64,000 nt of DNA from an uncultured Chloroflexia bacterium (GTDB lineage Bacteria; Chloroflexota; Limnocylindria; Limnocylindrales; CSP1-4), in NCBI GenBank assembly GCA_963788235.1, contig CAWBFV010000004.1:1012241-1076240 (forward strand), given 5' to 3'. Position 1 is the first letter of the stretch, and the number at the start of each line of letters is the position of its first letter. The notes below the pieces were generated by a model. That model was not told the DNA's origin. It ran no database searches and was given only the letters and a program-made list of their open reading frames with translations. A program made the position numbers and the translations under genes. This document shows, piece by piece, positions 18,281 to 27,417 of the stretch.

Positions 18281-21043
18281 ATGTCGACCCCACCCGTCAC
18301 GCCCGACCCCCGGATCGAATGGCGCTCGGGAGCCGAGATCCGGCGGCGGTTCGTGGAGTACTTCGCAGAGCGCGGCCACACGATCGTTCCCAGCGCCAGT
18401 CTCGTCCCTGCCGGCGATCAGACGCTGCTGTTCACGAACAGCGGCATGGTCCAATTCAAGGACGTGCTGACCGGCGCCGAGAAACGGAGCTATACGCGTG
18501 CGGTCGACTACCAGCGCTGCCTGCGGGTCGCCGGCAAGCACAACGACTTCGAGGAGGTCGGACGCACGCCCCGCCACCACACGCTCTTCGAGATGCTCGG
18601 CAACTGGAGCTTCGGCGATTACTTCAAGCGCGAGGCGATCCACTGGGCGTGGGATTTCCTGACGCGCGACCTCGGGATCCCGGGGGAGCGGCTGGCTGCG
18701 ACCACGTACACGACCGACGACCTGGCCTTCGAGGTCTGGCGCGACGACATCCACCTCCCACCCGAGCGACTCGTTCGGTGGGGCGACTTCCCCAACGGTG
18801 ACGAGCGGAACTGGTGGCGGATGGCCGACATCGGCCCGTGCGGCCCGTGTTCGGAGATCCACTTCGACCGCGGCGCGCACCTGAGCGAGGGCCCGGACTG
18901 CATCCCGGACCACAGCGAGACCTGTCCCCGCTGGCTCGAGGTCTGGAACCTCGTGTTCATGGAGTTCGAGCTCCACCCCGATCGCTCGCTGACGCCGCTG
19001 CCCGCCCCGGGCGTCGATACCGGGATGGGGCTTGAGCGACTGTCGAGCGTCGTGCAGCAGGTGCCATCCAACTACGACACTGACCTCTTCGCACCGATCC
19101 ACGAGCGGATGCGCGAACTGCTCGGCCACGATCCCGACGCGTTCGAACAAGAGCGGTTCAGCTACCAGGTCATCGCGGACCATTCGCGGGCCGTCACGTT
19201 CCTCATCGCCGACGACGTCTTTCCCAGCAACGAGGGGAGGGGCTATGTCCTGCGGCGGATCCTGCGTCGGGCGGTTCGTCACGGTCGGCTGCTGGGCCGA
19301 CGCGAGCCGTTCATGGCGTCGACCGCCGAGGTCGTGATCGACGTGATGGCCGAGGCGTTCCCGCATCTCGTCGAGAAGCGCGACCAGATCCTCTCGACGA
19401 TCGCGCGGGAGGAGGCGCAGTTCGCACGGACGCTCGATTCCGGGACGGCGCAGCTCATGGATGCGCTTCGCCAGCTGACCGACGCGGAGCCTGTCGTCGG
19501 TCGACGCCCGGAGGACCTGCGGGCGGACGCCCCGAGGCTCCCGGGCGATCTCGCGTTCCGGCTGCATGACACCTACGGATTCCCGGTCGACCTGACCGCC
19601 GAGCTCGCCGCCGAGTACGGCGTCGCCATCGATCGCGCGGGCTTCGACATCGCCCTCGCCGAGCAACGCGATCGAAGCCGTTCCGGCAAGAAGGCCGAGC
19701 TCGCCAAGCACGCCGAGCTGACCTCGCTCTACAGCGGCATCCAGGGCCGTGCCGGCGACACCGACTTCCTCGGCTACGAGACCACGACCGCTGACGGCCG
19801 GGTCCTCGCGATCATCCGCGACGGCATGGAATACGACGAGCTGACCGGGAACGCGCCCGCCGAGATCGTGCTCGATCGCACGCCGTTCTACGCGGAAGGC
19901 GGCGGCCAGGTCGGGGACCAGGGCACGCTTCGCGAGGCGGGTGGCGGCAGCGAGCTGTTCACGGTCGAGGACACCCAGAAGCCGGTCGGTGGCCTGATCG
20001 TCCATCGGGGGACGTTGCGCGGCCGGCTCAAGGTGGGCGAGACCGTCGAGGCGGTCGTCGACGCCGAGCGGCGGGCGCACACGATGCGCAACCACACCGG
20101 CACGCATCTGCTCCACCGCGCGCTGCGGAACGTGGTCGGGCAGCGGGCACGCCAAGCCGGATCGCTGGTCACCCCCGACTACCTGCGGTTCGACTTCCCG
20201 TTCGATCGGGCGTTGACCGACGATGAGAAGCGGGCGATCGAGGACGAGGTGCACGCGATCATCCGCGACGACCGACCGGTCACGGTGGCGTTCCTGCCGA
20301 TGGACGAGGCCATCGCCCAGGGAGCCGATGCGTTCTTCGACGAGAAGTACGGCGAGACGGTCCGGACCGTCCGGGTCCAGGACTACAGCTTCGAGCTGTG
20401 CGGCGGGACGCATTGCCGCTCCACTGGTCAGATCGGCGGCTTCCTGATCACCGGCGAGCGCAGCATCGGCTCAGGGCAGCGGCGGATCGAGGCCGTGACC
20501 GGTGCGGCGGCAGACCGACTCGCACGCGAGCGGATCGAGACGCTCGACCGGGTCGCGGAGGCAGTCGGGGCACAATCGGTCGACCGGGTCGAGGATCGGG
20601 TCAAAGCGCTCCAGGACGAGCTGCGCGAGATGCGTCGACGCCTGCGCGACGGTGCGGGCGGCCTCCCGAAGCCCGGAGAACTCGCCGCGCGCGCCGAAGA
20701 GGTGGCGCCCGGCGTCAGACTCGTCGCTGCGACGGTCCCCTACGAATCGATGGATGCGCTCAAGGCCGCCTCGAAGGAGGTTCGCGCGGTGCTCGGGAGT
20801 GGCGTCATCGCGCTCTTCCTCGACGCGGACGCGCCGCAGGTATGGGTCACCGTCTCCGACGACCTCGTGGCGCGAGGCCTGTCCGCCGGCGACCTCGTGA
20901 AGGTGGCGGCGGGGCCGATCGGCGCGAAGGGCGGCGGCCGACCGGAGATGGCACAGGGCATGGGAACGCGTCGTGACGGGCTGGCCGAGGCCGAGGCCGC
21001 GGTCCGCAGCTCGATCGCGGAGCGCCTCGGCGCGGGGGGCTGA
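18281..21043 (+). CDS. alaS: alanine--tRNA ligase
   Basis: About 920 aa from the internal ATG at 18281, with class II core motifs, an editing domain (HTGTHLLH, CGGTHC) and a C-terminal DHHA1-like region. Confidence 0.9.
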   Translation: MSTPPVTPDPRIEWRSGAEIRRRFVEYFAERGHTIVPSASLVPAGDQTLLFTNSGMVQFKDVLTGAEKRSYTRAVDYQRCLRVAGKHNDFEEVGRTPRHHTLFEMLGNWSFGDYFKREAIHWAWDFLTRDLGIPGERLAATTYTTDDLAFEVWRDDIHLPPERLVRWGDFPNGDERNWWRMADIGPCGPCSEIHFDRGAHLSEGPDCIPDHSETCPRWLEVWNLVFMEFELHPDRSLTPLPAPGVDTGMGLERLSSVVQQVPSNYDTDLFAPIHERMRELLGHDPDAFEQERFSYQVIADHSRAVTFLIADDVFPSNEGRGYVLRRILRRAVRHGRLLGRREPFMASTAEVVIDVMAEAFPHLVEKRDQILSTIAREEAQFARTLDSGTAQLMDALRQLTDAEPVVGRRPEDLRADAPRLPGDLAFRLHDTYGFPVDLTAELAAEYGVAIDRAGFDIALAEQRDRSRSGKKAELAKHAELTSLYSGIQGRAGDTDFLGYETTTADGRVLAIIRDGMEYDELTGNAPAEIVLDRTPFYAEGGGQVGDQGTLREAGGGSELFTVEDTQKPVGGLIVHRGTLRGRLKVGETVEAVVDAERRAHTMRNHTGTHLLHRALRNVVGQRARQAGSLVTPDYLRFDFPFDRALTDDEKRAIEDEVHAIIRDDRPVTVAFLPMDEAIAQGADAFFDEKYGETVRTVRVQDYSFELCGGTHCRSTGQIGGFLITGERSIGSGQRRIEAVTGAAADRLARERIETLDRVAEAVGAQSVDRVEDRVKALQDELREMRRRLRDGAGGLPKPGELAARAEEVAPGVRLVAATVPYESMDALKAASKEVRAVLGSGVIALFLDADAPQVWVTVSDDLVARGLSAGDLVKVAAGPIGAKGGGRPEMAQGMGTRRDGLAEAEAAVRSSIAERLGAGG

Positions 21044-22305
21044 TGGCCTTCTGGCGCCGGATCTGGCAGCGCGACGGGTCCGAGGGCCTCGCCGCGTGCA
21101 CCGCGCTCGACGTCGGCACCGAGTTCGCCAAGGCGCTGGTGTTCGAGATCGACGATCAGGGGCTGGGCACGGTGCGCGGCGTGGGCCGCAAGCGGCAGGG
21201 CCTGTCGCACATGCAGTCGGGCACGGTCGCGGACATCGCGGCGGTCGTCGACAACTGCGCGGTCGCGCTCCAGGAAGCCGAGGAGATGGCCGGTTTTCGG
21301 CCGAGCCAGGTCGTGATCGGCATCGCCGGGGAGCTCGTCAAGGGCTTCACGACGACCCATAGCCAGGAACGCAAGAAGCCGGACCAGCCCATCAGCGAGG
21401 CCGAGCTCCAGAAGCTCATCGACGTCGTCCAGCGCGAGGCGCTGAGCGAGGCGGAACGCGCGATCACCTGGGAGACCGGGCTGCCGCACGTCGACGTGCG
21501 GCTCGTCCACGCGGCGGTGACCAGCGCGGCGATCGACGGCTACGCGCTGACCAACCCGGTCGGCTTCCAGGGCCGGCACGTGAAGATCGGGATCTTCAAC
21601 GCCTTCGCGCCGCTCGTCCATCTCGGCGCGCTGCAGAGCGTCGCGTCGCAGCTCGACCTCGAGCTGCTCGAGATCGTCGCGGAGCCATATGCCGTGGCGC
21701 GGGTGCTGGGAACGGAGCAGGTCCGCCAGTCGGGGGCGCTGTTCGTCGATGTCGGGGGCGGGACGACCGACGTCGCGCTGGTGCGCCAGGGCGGGATCGA
21801 AGGCACCCGGATGTTCGCGCTCGGTGGTCGCGCGTTCACGAAGTCGCTCGCCGATCGGCTCGACCTGCCGTTCCCGCGCGCCGAGGCGCTCAAGGTCGAC
21901 TACGCGCGCGGCGTGGCGGTCGAGAGCCGGGACGACGTCGCGACGATCATCGGCGAGGACGTCCGGGTCTGGGCCGCCGGCGTCGAGCTCGTGATGGAAG
22001 AGCTGTCCGGCGGCGACCTGCTGCCGGGGCGGATCTACCTGTGCGGGGGCGGCTCACGGTTGCCGGAGATCCGCGAGGCACTCGTGGACGAGAGCTTCTG
22101 GAAGCGGATGCCGTTCTCCCGCCCGCCCGAGGTGCTGGTGCTCTCGCCGGACCAGATCGAGACCGTCGTCGATGCCACGGACCTGCTGGTCGACCAGCAG
22201 GACGTGACGCCGCTCGGGTTGGCGTACCAGGCGATCGAGCTCCAGACCACCGCCGATCCCCTGGATGTCGCGCTGCGCCGGGTGTTGCGCGCGATGCGAG
22301 TCTGA
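21043..22305 (+). CDS. FtsA/PilM-like actin-fold ATPase
   Basis: 420 aa. ALDVGTEFAKALVFE (phosphate-1-like) and VDVGGGTTDVALV (phosphate-2) motifs indicate an FtsA/MreB/PilM-type ASKHA fold. ATG overlaps the alaS stop (TGATG). Confidence 0.6.
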   Translation: MAFWRRIWQRDGSEGLAACTALDVGTEFAKALVFEIDDQGLGTVRGVGRKRQGLSHMQSGTVADIAAVVDNCAVALQEAEEMAGFRPSQVVIGIAGELVKGFTTTHSQERKKPDQPISEAELQKLIDVVQREALSEAERAITWETGLPHVDVRLVHAAVTSAAIDGYALTNPVGFQGRHVKIGIFNAFAPLVHLGALQSVASQLDLELLEIVAEPYAVARVLGTEQVRQSGALFVDVGGGTTDVALVRQGGIEGTRMFALGGRAFTKSLADRLDLPFPRAEALKVDYARGVAVESRDDVATIIGEDVRVWAAGVELVMEELSGGDLLPGRIYLCGGGSRLPEIREALVDESFWKRMPFSRPPEVLVLSPDQIETVVDATDLLVDQQDVTPLGLAYQAIELQTTADPLDVALRRVLRAMRV

Positions 22306-22307
22306 GC

Positions 22308-22943
22308 GTGGCCATGCGCGTGCTGTACCTCGATGTCGACGACGAGATCACGTCGGCGGCCGCGCGGATCCGCTCGGCGGAGGAGATCCGCGTCGCGATC
22401 GTGCTGCCGCACGGCTCCCGAGTCGCAACGTCCCGGATCAACTTCCGGCTCCTGGCGCGGGACGCGACGCTCAATGGCAAGCGGCTGTCGATCATCGCGG
22501 GCGACCCGGCGACGAGGGCGTTGGCCGCCTCGGCCGGCCTGCCGATCTTCGCCACGGTCGCCGAATACGAGACGTCGCTCGACGCGGAGAAGGGATCGGG
22601 CGGCGATACGAGTGGGTCCGGCGGGGACGCGGTCCCGGTCGCTTCCGACGTCCCGATCGTCGCGACCGCGGTGGGTCCCGTGTCGACGGCGGACGACTCG
22701 GCCGAGATGTCCCCTCCGACGGACGTCCCGCGACCCCGCAAGCCGCGAGCCACGCGCCGCAAGCCGGCCGAGCCCGCGGGGGACGACCTCTGGACGGCCG
22801 CAGCGACGACGTCTCCCATCGTCGACGGCCCGGCCGAGGCGAGACCGCGAGACCAGGCGCACCCGATCGCTGCCGGCCCCGGCGTCGCGGCGACGGCTTC
22901 GGCAGCCGCGACGCTGCGGCCGCGGCGACGGCTGGTGAGGTAG
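22308..22943 (+). CDS. hypothetical protein with an approximately 85-aa N-terminal alpha/beta domain and a Pro/Ala-rich tail
   Basis: Starts 3 nt after the FtsA-like stop. The N-terminal domain (MRVLYLDVDDEITSAAARIRSAEEIRVAIVLPHGSRV...GLPIFATVAEYE) has no confident family assignment. Confidence 0.4.
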   Translation: MAMRVLYLDVDDEITSAAARIRSAEEIRVAIVLPHGSRVATSRINFRLLARDATLNGKRLSIIAGDPATRALAASAGLPIFATVAEYETSLDAEKGSGGDTSGSGGDAVPVASDVPIVATAVGPVSTADDSAEMSPPTDVPRPRKPRATRRKPAEPAGDDLWTAAATTSPIVDGPAEARPRDQAHPIAAGPGVAATASAAATLRPRRRLVR

Positions 22944-23002
22944 CCGGTGCGGTCGGCGGCGGACCCGCAGCTCGATCGCGCCCCGAGCCGGTCGACGACT
23001 TC

Positions 23003-24280
23003 GTGGCGGCGCGACCGTCCAGCCCGCGCACGCCCGCGATCGTATCGGCAGAGCGGGTCGTCGCGGACACGCCTTCGCGGCCGCTGATCGCGGATCGACC
23101 GTTCGCCCCGCTCACGAACCGCATGCCGGTCGTCGTCGGTGCCGCGGTCCTCGGCCTGGCCCTGCTCGTCGGTGGCGTGGGTGCATACCTGGTGCTGCCC
23201 AGCGCATCGGTCGTCATCACGCCCCGACAGACGTCGATCGGGCCGATCACCCTCCAAATCACGGCGAGCCCGTCGCAAACGGAGCCGGACCAGACCGCAA
23301 AGGTCGTGCCCGCCCTGAGCAAGCCGGTCGATGTCGAGGTCACGCAGACGTTCCAGGTCACGGGCAAGCGCGTCGAGGAGACGAAGGCCACCGGCAGCGT
23401 GCGGTTCCGGAACAAGGATTTCACCTCGACCAACACGATCCCGAAGGGCAGCGTCGTCAGCACGCAGGCCGGCATCCGGTTCCGCACCGACCGCACCATC
23501 ACGCTGGCGCGGGCGAAGCTGGTCAACCTCCAGATCTTCCCGTCGTCCGCGTCGGTCAAGGTCACCGCGGTCAACGCGGGCACCGACGGCAACGTCGAGC
23601 CGAACACGATCCTCGTGATCCCGCGCGGCGAGGACCCGTTGACGCTCGACGTGACCAACCCCGACGCCACCACCGGTGGCAAGCGCGACGAGTTCCCCCG
23701 CGTGGCACAGGCCGACCTTGACAAGGCGATGGCGGCGCTGCAGACCCAGCTGACGACCGAGTTCGCCGCCCGGGTCGCCGATCCCGCGCTCGCGGTCGAC
23801 GGCACCACGGTCTTCCCCGAGACCGCCGTGCTCGGCGAGCCCACCTTCAGCGTCGACCCGGCCTCGCTCCTCGGGGACGAGGTCGCGACGTTCGACCTCG
23901 GGGCGAGCGCGAACGGCACCGTGCTCGCCGTCGACGAAACGGCCGTCGAGGTCGTCGCCGCCGCGGACATCGCCTCGCATGTCGAGCCCGGATACTCGCT
24001 CGTCGACGGATCGAGCAGCGTCAACCCGTCGCCCGGCGTCGTCGAGAGCGGCGTCATCACGTTCCCCGTGACGGTGACGGCCAAGGAGATCCTGACGATC
24101 GATCCGGAGGCGATCGAGGCCGAGATCCGCGGCAAGTCACTGGCCGAGGCACAGACCATCCTCGCCCGCTACGGGACGGCCGAGCTCTCGGTCTGGCCCG
24201 ACTGGGTCGGGACGATCCCGACGCTCGATGCGCGCGTCGATGTGCGGTCGGCCGTCGCCACTTCGGAGCCGGCGCCATGA
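23003..24280 (+). CDS. bitopic membrane protein with a large extracytoplasmic beta-rich domain
   Basis: GTG start in the 22265 ORF frame. There is one TM helix (MPVVVGAAVLGLALLVGGVGAYLVL) followed by an approximately 380-aa Thr/Val-rich domain. The stop overlaps the ruvX start (ATGA). Confidence 0.45.
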   Translation: MAARPSSPRTPAIVSAERVVADTPSRPLIADRPFAPLTNRMPVVVGAAVLGLALLVGGVGAYLVLPSASVVITPRQTSIGPITLQITASPSQTEPDQTAKVVPALSKPVDVEVTQTFQVTGKRVEETKATGSVRFRNKDFTSTNTIPKGSVVSTQAGIRFRTDRTITLARAKLVNLQIFPSSASVKVTAVNAGTDGNVEPNTILVIPRGEDPLTLDVTNPDATTGGKRDEFPRVAQADLDKAMAALQTQLTTEFAARVADPALAVDGTTVFPETAVLGEPTFSVDPASLLGDEVATFDLGASANGTVLAVDETAVEVVAAADIASHVEPGYSLVDGSSSVNPSPGVVESGVITFPVTVTAKEILTIDPEAIEAEIRGKSLAEAQTILARYGTAELSVWPDWVGTIPTLDARVDVRSAVATSEPAP

Positions 24281-24786
24281 GCGCGATCCTCGGCGTCGAC
24301 CTCGGGGAGCGCCGGATCGGCGTCGCGATCGCCGACGGTCCCGGTGCGGGTGCGCGGCCACTGACCACGCTGCACCGCGGACGGGACATCGCGGCCGACG
24401 CCGCGGCCGTGCGCCAGCTGATCGAGGAACACGATGTCGACGAGCTCGTGATCGGCCTGCCGATCGATGCGGCCGGCCACGAGGGCCCACAAGCCGTCGC
24501 GACGCGGGCGTGGGTCGATGCCCTCGATTCGGCGCTCGGCGGTATCGTGGTGATCTCGTTCCAGGATGAGCGGCTCACGAGCCACGTCGCCGAGACCCGT
24601 CTCGGGCCGATGCCACGCGGCAGGTCCGGCGGTCCGCCGTCCCGACACCAGCGCGATACCTATCGTGCGCGGGTCGACCGTGAAGCCGCATCGATCATCC
24701 TGCAAGATTCGCTCGATAGCCGGGCCGCAGCCCGCGACGGTTCCGCCCAGATCCGAACCCAGCAGAGCTTGGAGCCCAGGCCATGA
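24277..24786 (+). CDS. ruvX: Holliday-junction resolvase-like nuclease RuvX/YqgF
   Basis: ILGVDLGERRIGVAIADG...VDELVIGLPID, the YqgF RNase H-like fold. Confidence 0.85.
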   Translation: MSAILGVDLGERRIGVAIADGPGAGARPLTTLHRGRDIAADAAAVRQLIEEHDVDELVIGLPIDAAGHEGPQAVATRAWVDALDSALGGIVVISFQDERLTSHVAETRLGPMPRGRSGGPPSRHQRDTYRARVDREAASIILQDSLDSRAAARDGSAQIRTQQSLEPRP

Positions 24787-26177
24787 CGATCCGCTCCGGC
24801 GGACGCCCGCGAGACCCCCGATCCCAACACGCCCGCCGGTTCGAGCCGGACGCCTACGCGACCGATTACGTGCCCGAGGGCTTCGAGCCGTCACGCCGCG
24901 CGATGGGCGGTAACGGCGGTCGGCGGCGCAACGGGCGGGGCCGCGGGAGCGGCATCTTCGGGCTGCTCAAGTTCCTGGTCTTCACGCTCCTGCTGGCAGC
25001 CCTCGTGTTGCTCGTGGCGCTGACGGCCCTTCGCCCGCTCGTCAACAGCGCGATCCTCGGCTGGGCGGCCGACAGCCCGGCCGCGTTGCGATTGCCGTTC
25101 GTCGCCGACATCGTCCGCGAGGACCTTGGCACGTCCCTGACCCAGCCCGTGTCAACGAATCCAGAGCAGGTCGAGTTCCTGGTATCGGACGGTGATACCG
25201 CGTCGACGATCGCGGCGCGCCTCGGCGAGCAGAACCTCATCAAGGATCCGCGGGCGTTCATCTTCATCGCGAGCGACCACGCGCTGACCGGCTCGCTGCA
25301 GCAGGGCACGTTCGTGCTTCGGCGCAACATGACGCCCGATCAGCTGGTCAACGCGCTCCTGGCGCCGCCACCGAACCCATACATCGAGATCGACCTGCGA
25401 ACGGGGCTTCGCCTCGAACAGATCACCGCCAAGCTCCAGACGCTGCCGCTCGAGATGGACGTGCGCGCCTTCTACGAGCTGGCGAAAGAGCCACCCGCCG
25501 CGCTGATCGACGACTACCCGTGGCTGAAGCGGGTGCTCAAGGATGCCCCGGAGGGCGCGTCGCTCGAGGGGTTCCTGTGGCCCGGGAGCTACAAGATCCT
25601 GCCCGACACGACGCCCGAGGAGCTGGTTCGCAAGATGCTCGACGCGTTCGTCGCGGCGGTCACCGAGGAGAAGATGCGCGTCCCCGCCGAGCGCGGGCTG
25701 TCCTTCTACGGGATCCTGTCGCTGGCCTCGATCGTCGAGCGTGAAGCGGTGCTCGATACCGAGCGGCCGCTGATCGCGGGTGTGTACCAGAACCGGATCG
25801 ACGGAATCCCCGGGATCAAGAACAAGATCCTCAACGCCGACCCGACCGTGTTCTACGCGTGGGACACCCTAAAGCTCGACGAGGTCGGGTTCGACAAGTG
25901 GAAGGAATACAAGTTCTGGGTCCCGCCGGGCGTGCCGTTGCGTGACATCAAGTTCCCGGATGCGCTCCTCGGGTACCAGACGTACACACAGCCGGGCCTC
26001 ATTCCGGGGCCGATCGCGACGCCAACGCTGTTGTCGATCGACGCCGCGCTGCATCCAGACACGGCCGACAAGTACATCTACTTCCTCGCGATCCCGGACG
26101 GCGGCGGGAAGCACGTCTTCGCCAAGACCGCCAAGGAGCACGAGAAGAACAAGGCGAAATACGGGTATATCCCGTGA
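24783..26177 (+). CDS. mltG: endolytic murein transglycosylase MltG (YceG family)
   Basis: N-terminal TM anchor and YceG domain motifs (LEGFLWPGSYKI, AGVYQNRI, FFLAIPDGGGKHVFAKT). ATGA overlap with ruvX. Confidence 0.85.
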   Translation: MTIRSGGRPRDPRSQHARRFEPDAYATDYVPEGFEPSRRAMGGNGGRRRNGRGRGSGIFGLLKFLVFTLLLAALVLLVALTALRPLVNSAILGWAADSPAALRLPFVADIVREDLGTSLTQPVSTNPEQVEFLVSDGDTASTIAARLGEQNLIKDPRAFIFIASDHALTGSLQQGTFVLRRNMTPDQLVNALLAPPPNPYIEIDLRTGLRLEQITAKLQTLPLEMDVRAFYELAKEPPAALIDDYPWLKRVLKDAPEGASLEGFLWPGSYKILPDTTPEELVRKMLDAFVAAVTEEKMRVPAERGLSFYGILSLASIVEREAVLDTERPLIAGVYQNRIDGIPGIKNKILNADPTVFYAWDTLKLDEVGFDKWKEYKFWVPPGVPLRDIKFPDALLGYQTYTQPGLIPGPIATPTLLSIDAALHPDTADKYIYFLAIPDGGGKHVFAKTAKEHEKNKAKYGYIP

Positions 26178-26187
26178 TCGGCGGCGC

Positions 26188-27417
26188 TTGACGCTCGCCC
26201 GGGCGACATGGCCGTCGCCCGCCGATTTCGCCGACCCGCCAGACGCTGCCCGGATCGCCGCCTGGGCCGACGCGGATCGAGCCGCCCGACCCGCCCGCCT
26301 GGCCCGACTCCGCGCGCGGTTCGAGTCGGCCGGCATCGATGCCTACTTCGGCGTCCGGCGCGAGCACATGCGCTACCTCACCGGGTTCACGCTCGATGAC
26401 GGCGAGGAGAAGGTCGCCGGCAATTCGGGCCAGTTCCTCGTTGGCGCGGACGAGGTCGTGCTGCTGGCCGACTCGCGCTACACGATCCAGGCCAAACGAC
26501 AGGCGCCGGAGACGCGTCTCGAGTCCGTCTACCAGGACATGGCGGCTCGCTGGCCCGAGCTGATCGCCTCGCTCGGGGCTCGACGCGTCGGCGTCGAATC
26601 CGCGTTCGTCCCGCATGCGACCTGGCAGCGCCTGGCCGCCTCGGCACCGGGCGTCGAGCTGGTCCCGATCGAGGGCTGGGTCGAGGCCGACAGGGCCGTC
26701 AAGGAGCCGACGGAGATCGAGCGGATCGCGGCCGCCTGCGCCGTCGCGGACCGTGCGCTGGCGACGCTACTGCCGGAGATCCGGCCCGGTGTGACCGAGG
26801 CCGAGCTGGCGCTGCGCCTGGAATGGCTGATGCGGACTGGTGGCGCGGAAGCCCTGGCGTTCGATGTCGCCTGCCTGTCCGGCCCCGAGGCCGCGCTCCC
26901 ACACGGCTCGCCAGGCGACCGTCCGGTTCGCGACGGCACCGTCCTGCTGTTCGACTTCGGCGCCCAGGTCGCCGGCTATCGCAGCGACATGACCCGGACG
27001 CTGTTCGTCGGTGAGCCGACCGCCCGCGACGTCGAGGTCTACGAGCTGGTCGCCCGCGCCCAGGACGCCGCCATGAGCGCACTTCGCGCCGCCGTCGAGC
27101 CGGGTGCGGACGTGCCGTCGGGCCGGGCAGTGGACGCGATCGCCCGCGAGGCGATCGTCGCTGGCGGCATGGAGCCCTTCGGGCACGGGCTGGGGCATGG
27201 GATCGGTCTTGCGACGCACGAGCTGCCGACGCTCGGCCGGCGGGCGTCGGAGGCGCCCCTGCCGAGTCCGACCGTGTTCTCGGTCGAGCCTGGGATCTAC
27301 CTGGACGGCGAGATCGGCGTGCGGATCGAGGACCTGGTCGCCTTCGATCCCGTCGCGTCGCGGCTCGAGCGGCTGACGCGCTTTCCGAGCGAGATCGTGG
27401 TCGTCGGGACGAGCTAG
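26188..27417 (+). CDS. pepP: Xaa-Pro aminopeptidase (M24 family)
   Basis: The Creatinase_N region (RLARLRARFESAGIDAYFGVRREHMRYLTGF) and M24 metal ligands (HGLGHGIGL, SVEPGIY) are present. The assigned start is TTG 26188. Confidence 0.75.
   Translation: MTLARATWPSPADFADPPDAARIAAWADADRAARPARLARLRARFESAGIDAYFGVRREHMRYLTGFTLDDGEEKVAGNSGQFLVGADEVVLLADSRYTIQAKRQAPETRLESVYQDMAARWPELIASLGARRVGVESAFVPHATWQRLAASAPGVELVPIEGWVEADRAVKEPTEIERIAAACAVADRALATLLPEIRPGVTEAELALRLEWLMRTGGAEALAFDVACLSGPEAALPHGSPGDRPVRDGTVLLFDFGAQVAGYRSDMTRTLFVGEPTARDVEVYELVARAQDAAMSALRAAVEPGADVPSGRAVDAIAREAIVAGGMEPFGHGLGHGIGLATHELPTLGRRASEAPLPSPTVFSVEPGIYLDGEIGVRIEDLVAFDPVASRLERLTRFPSEIVVVGTS

Noticed and set aside
18185-20413. 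742-aa minus-strand ORF
   Set aside because: It lies entirely antisense to alaS and has a low-complexity Arg/Asp/Leu composition with no domain signature. It is a GC-driven artefact.
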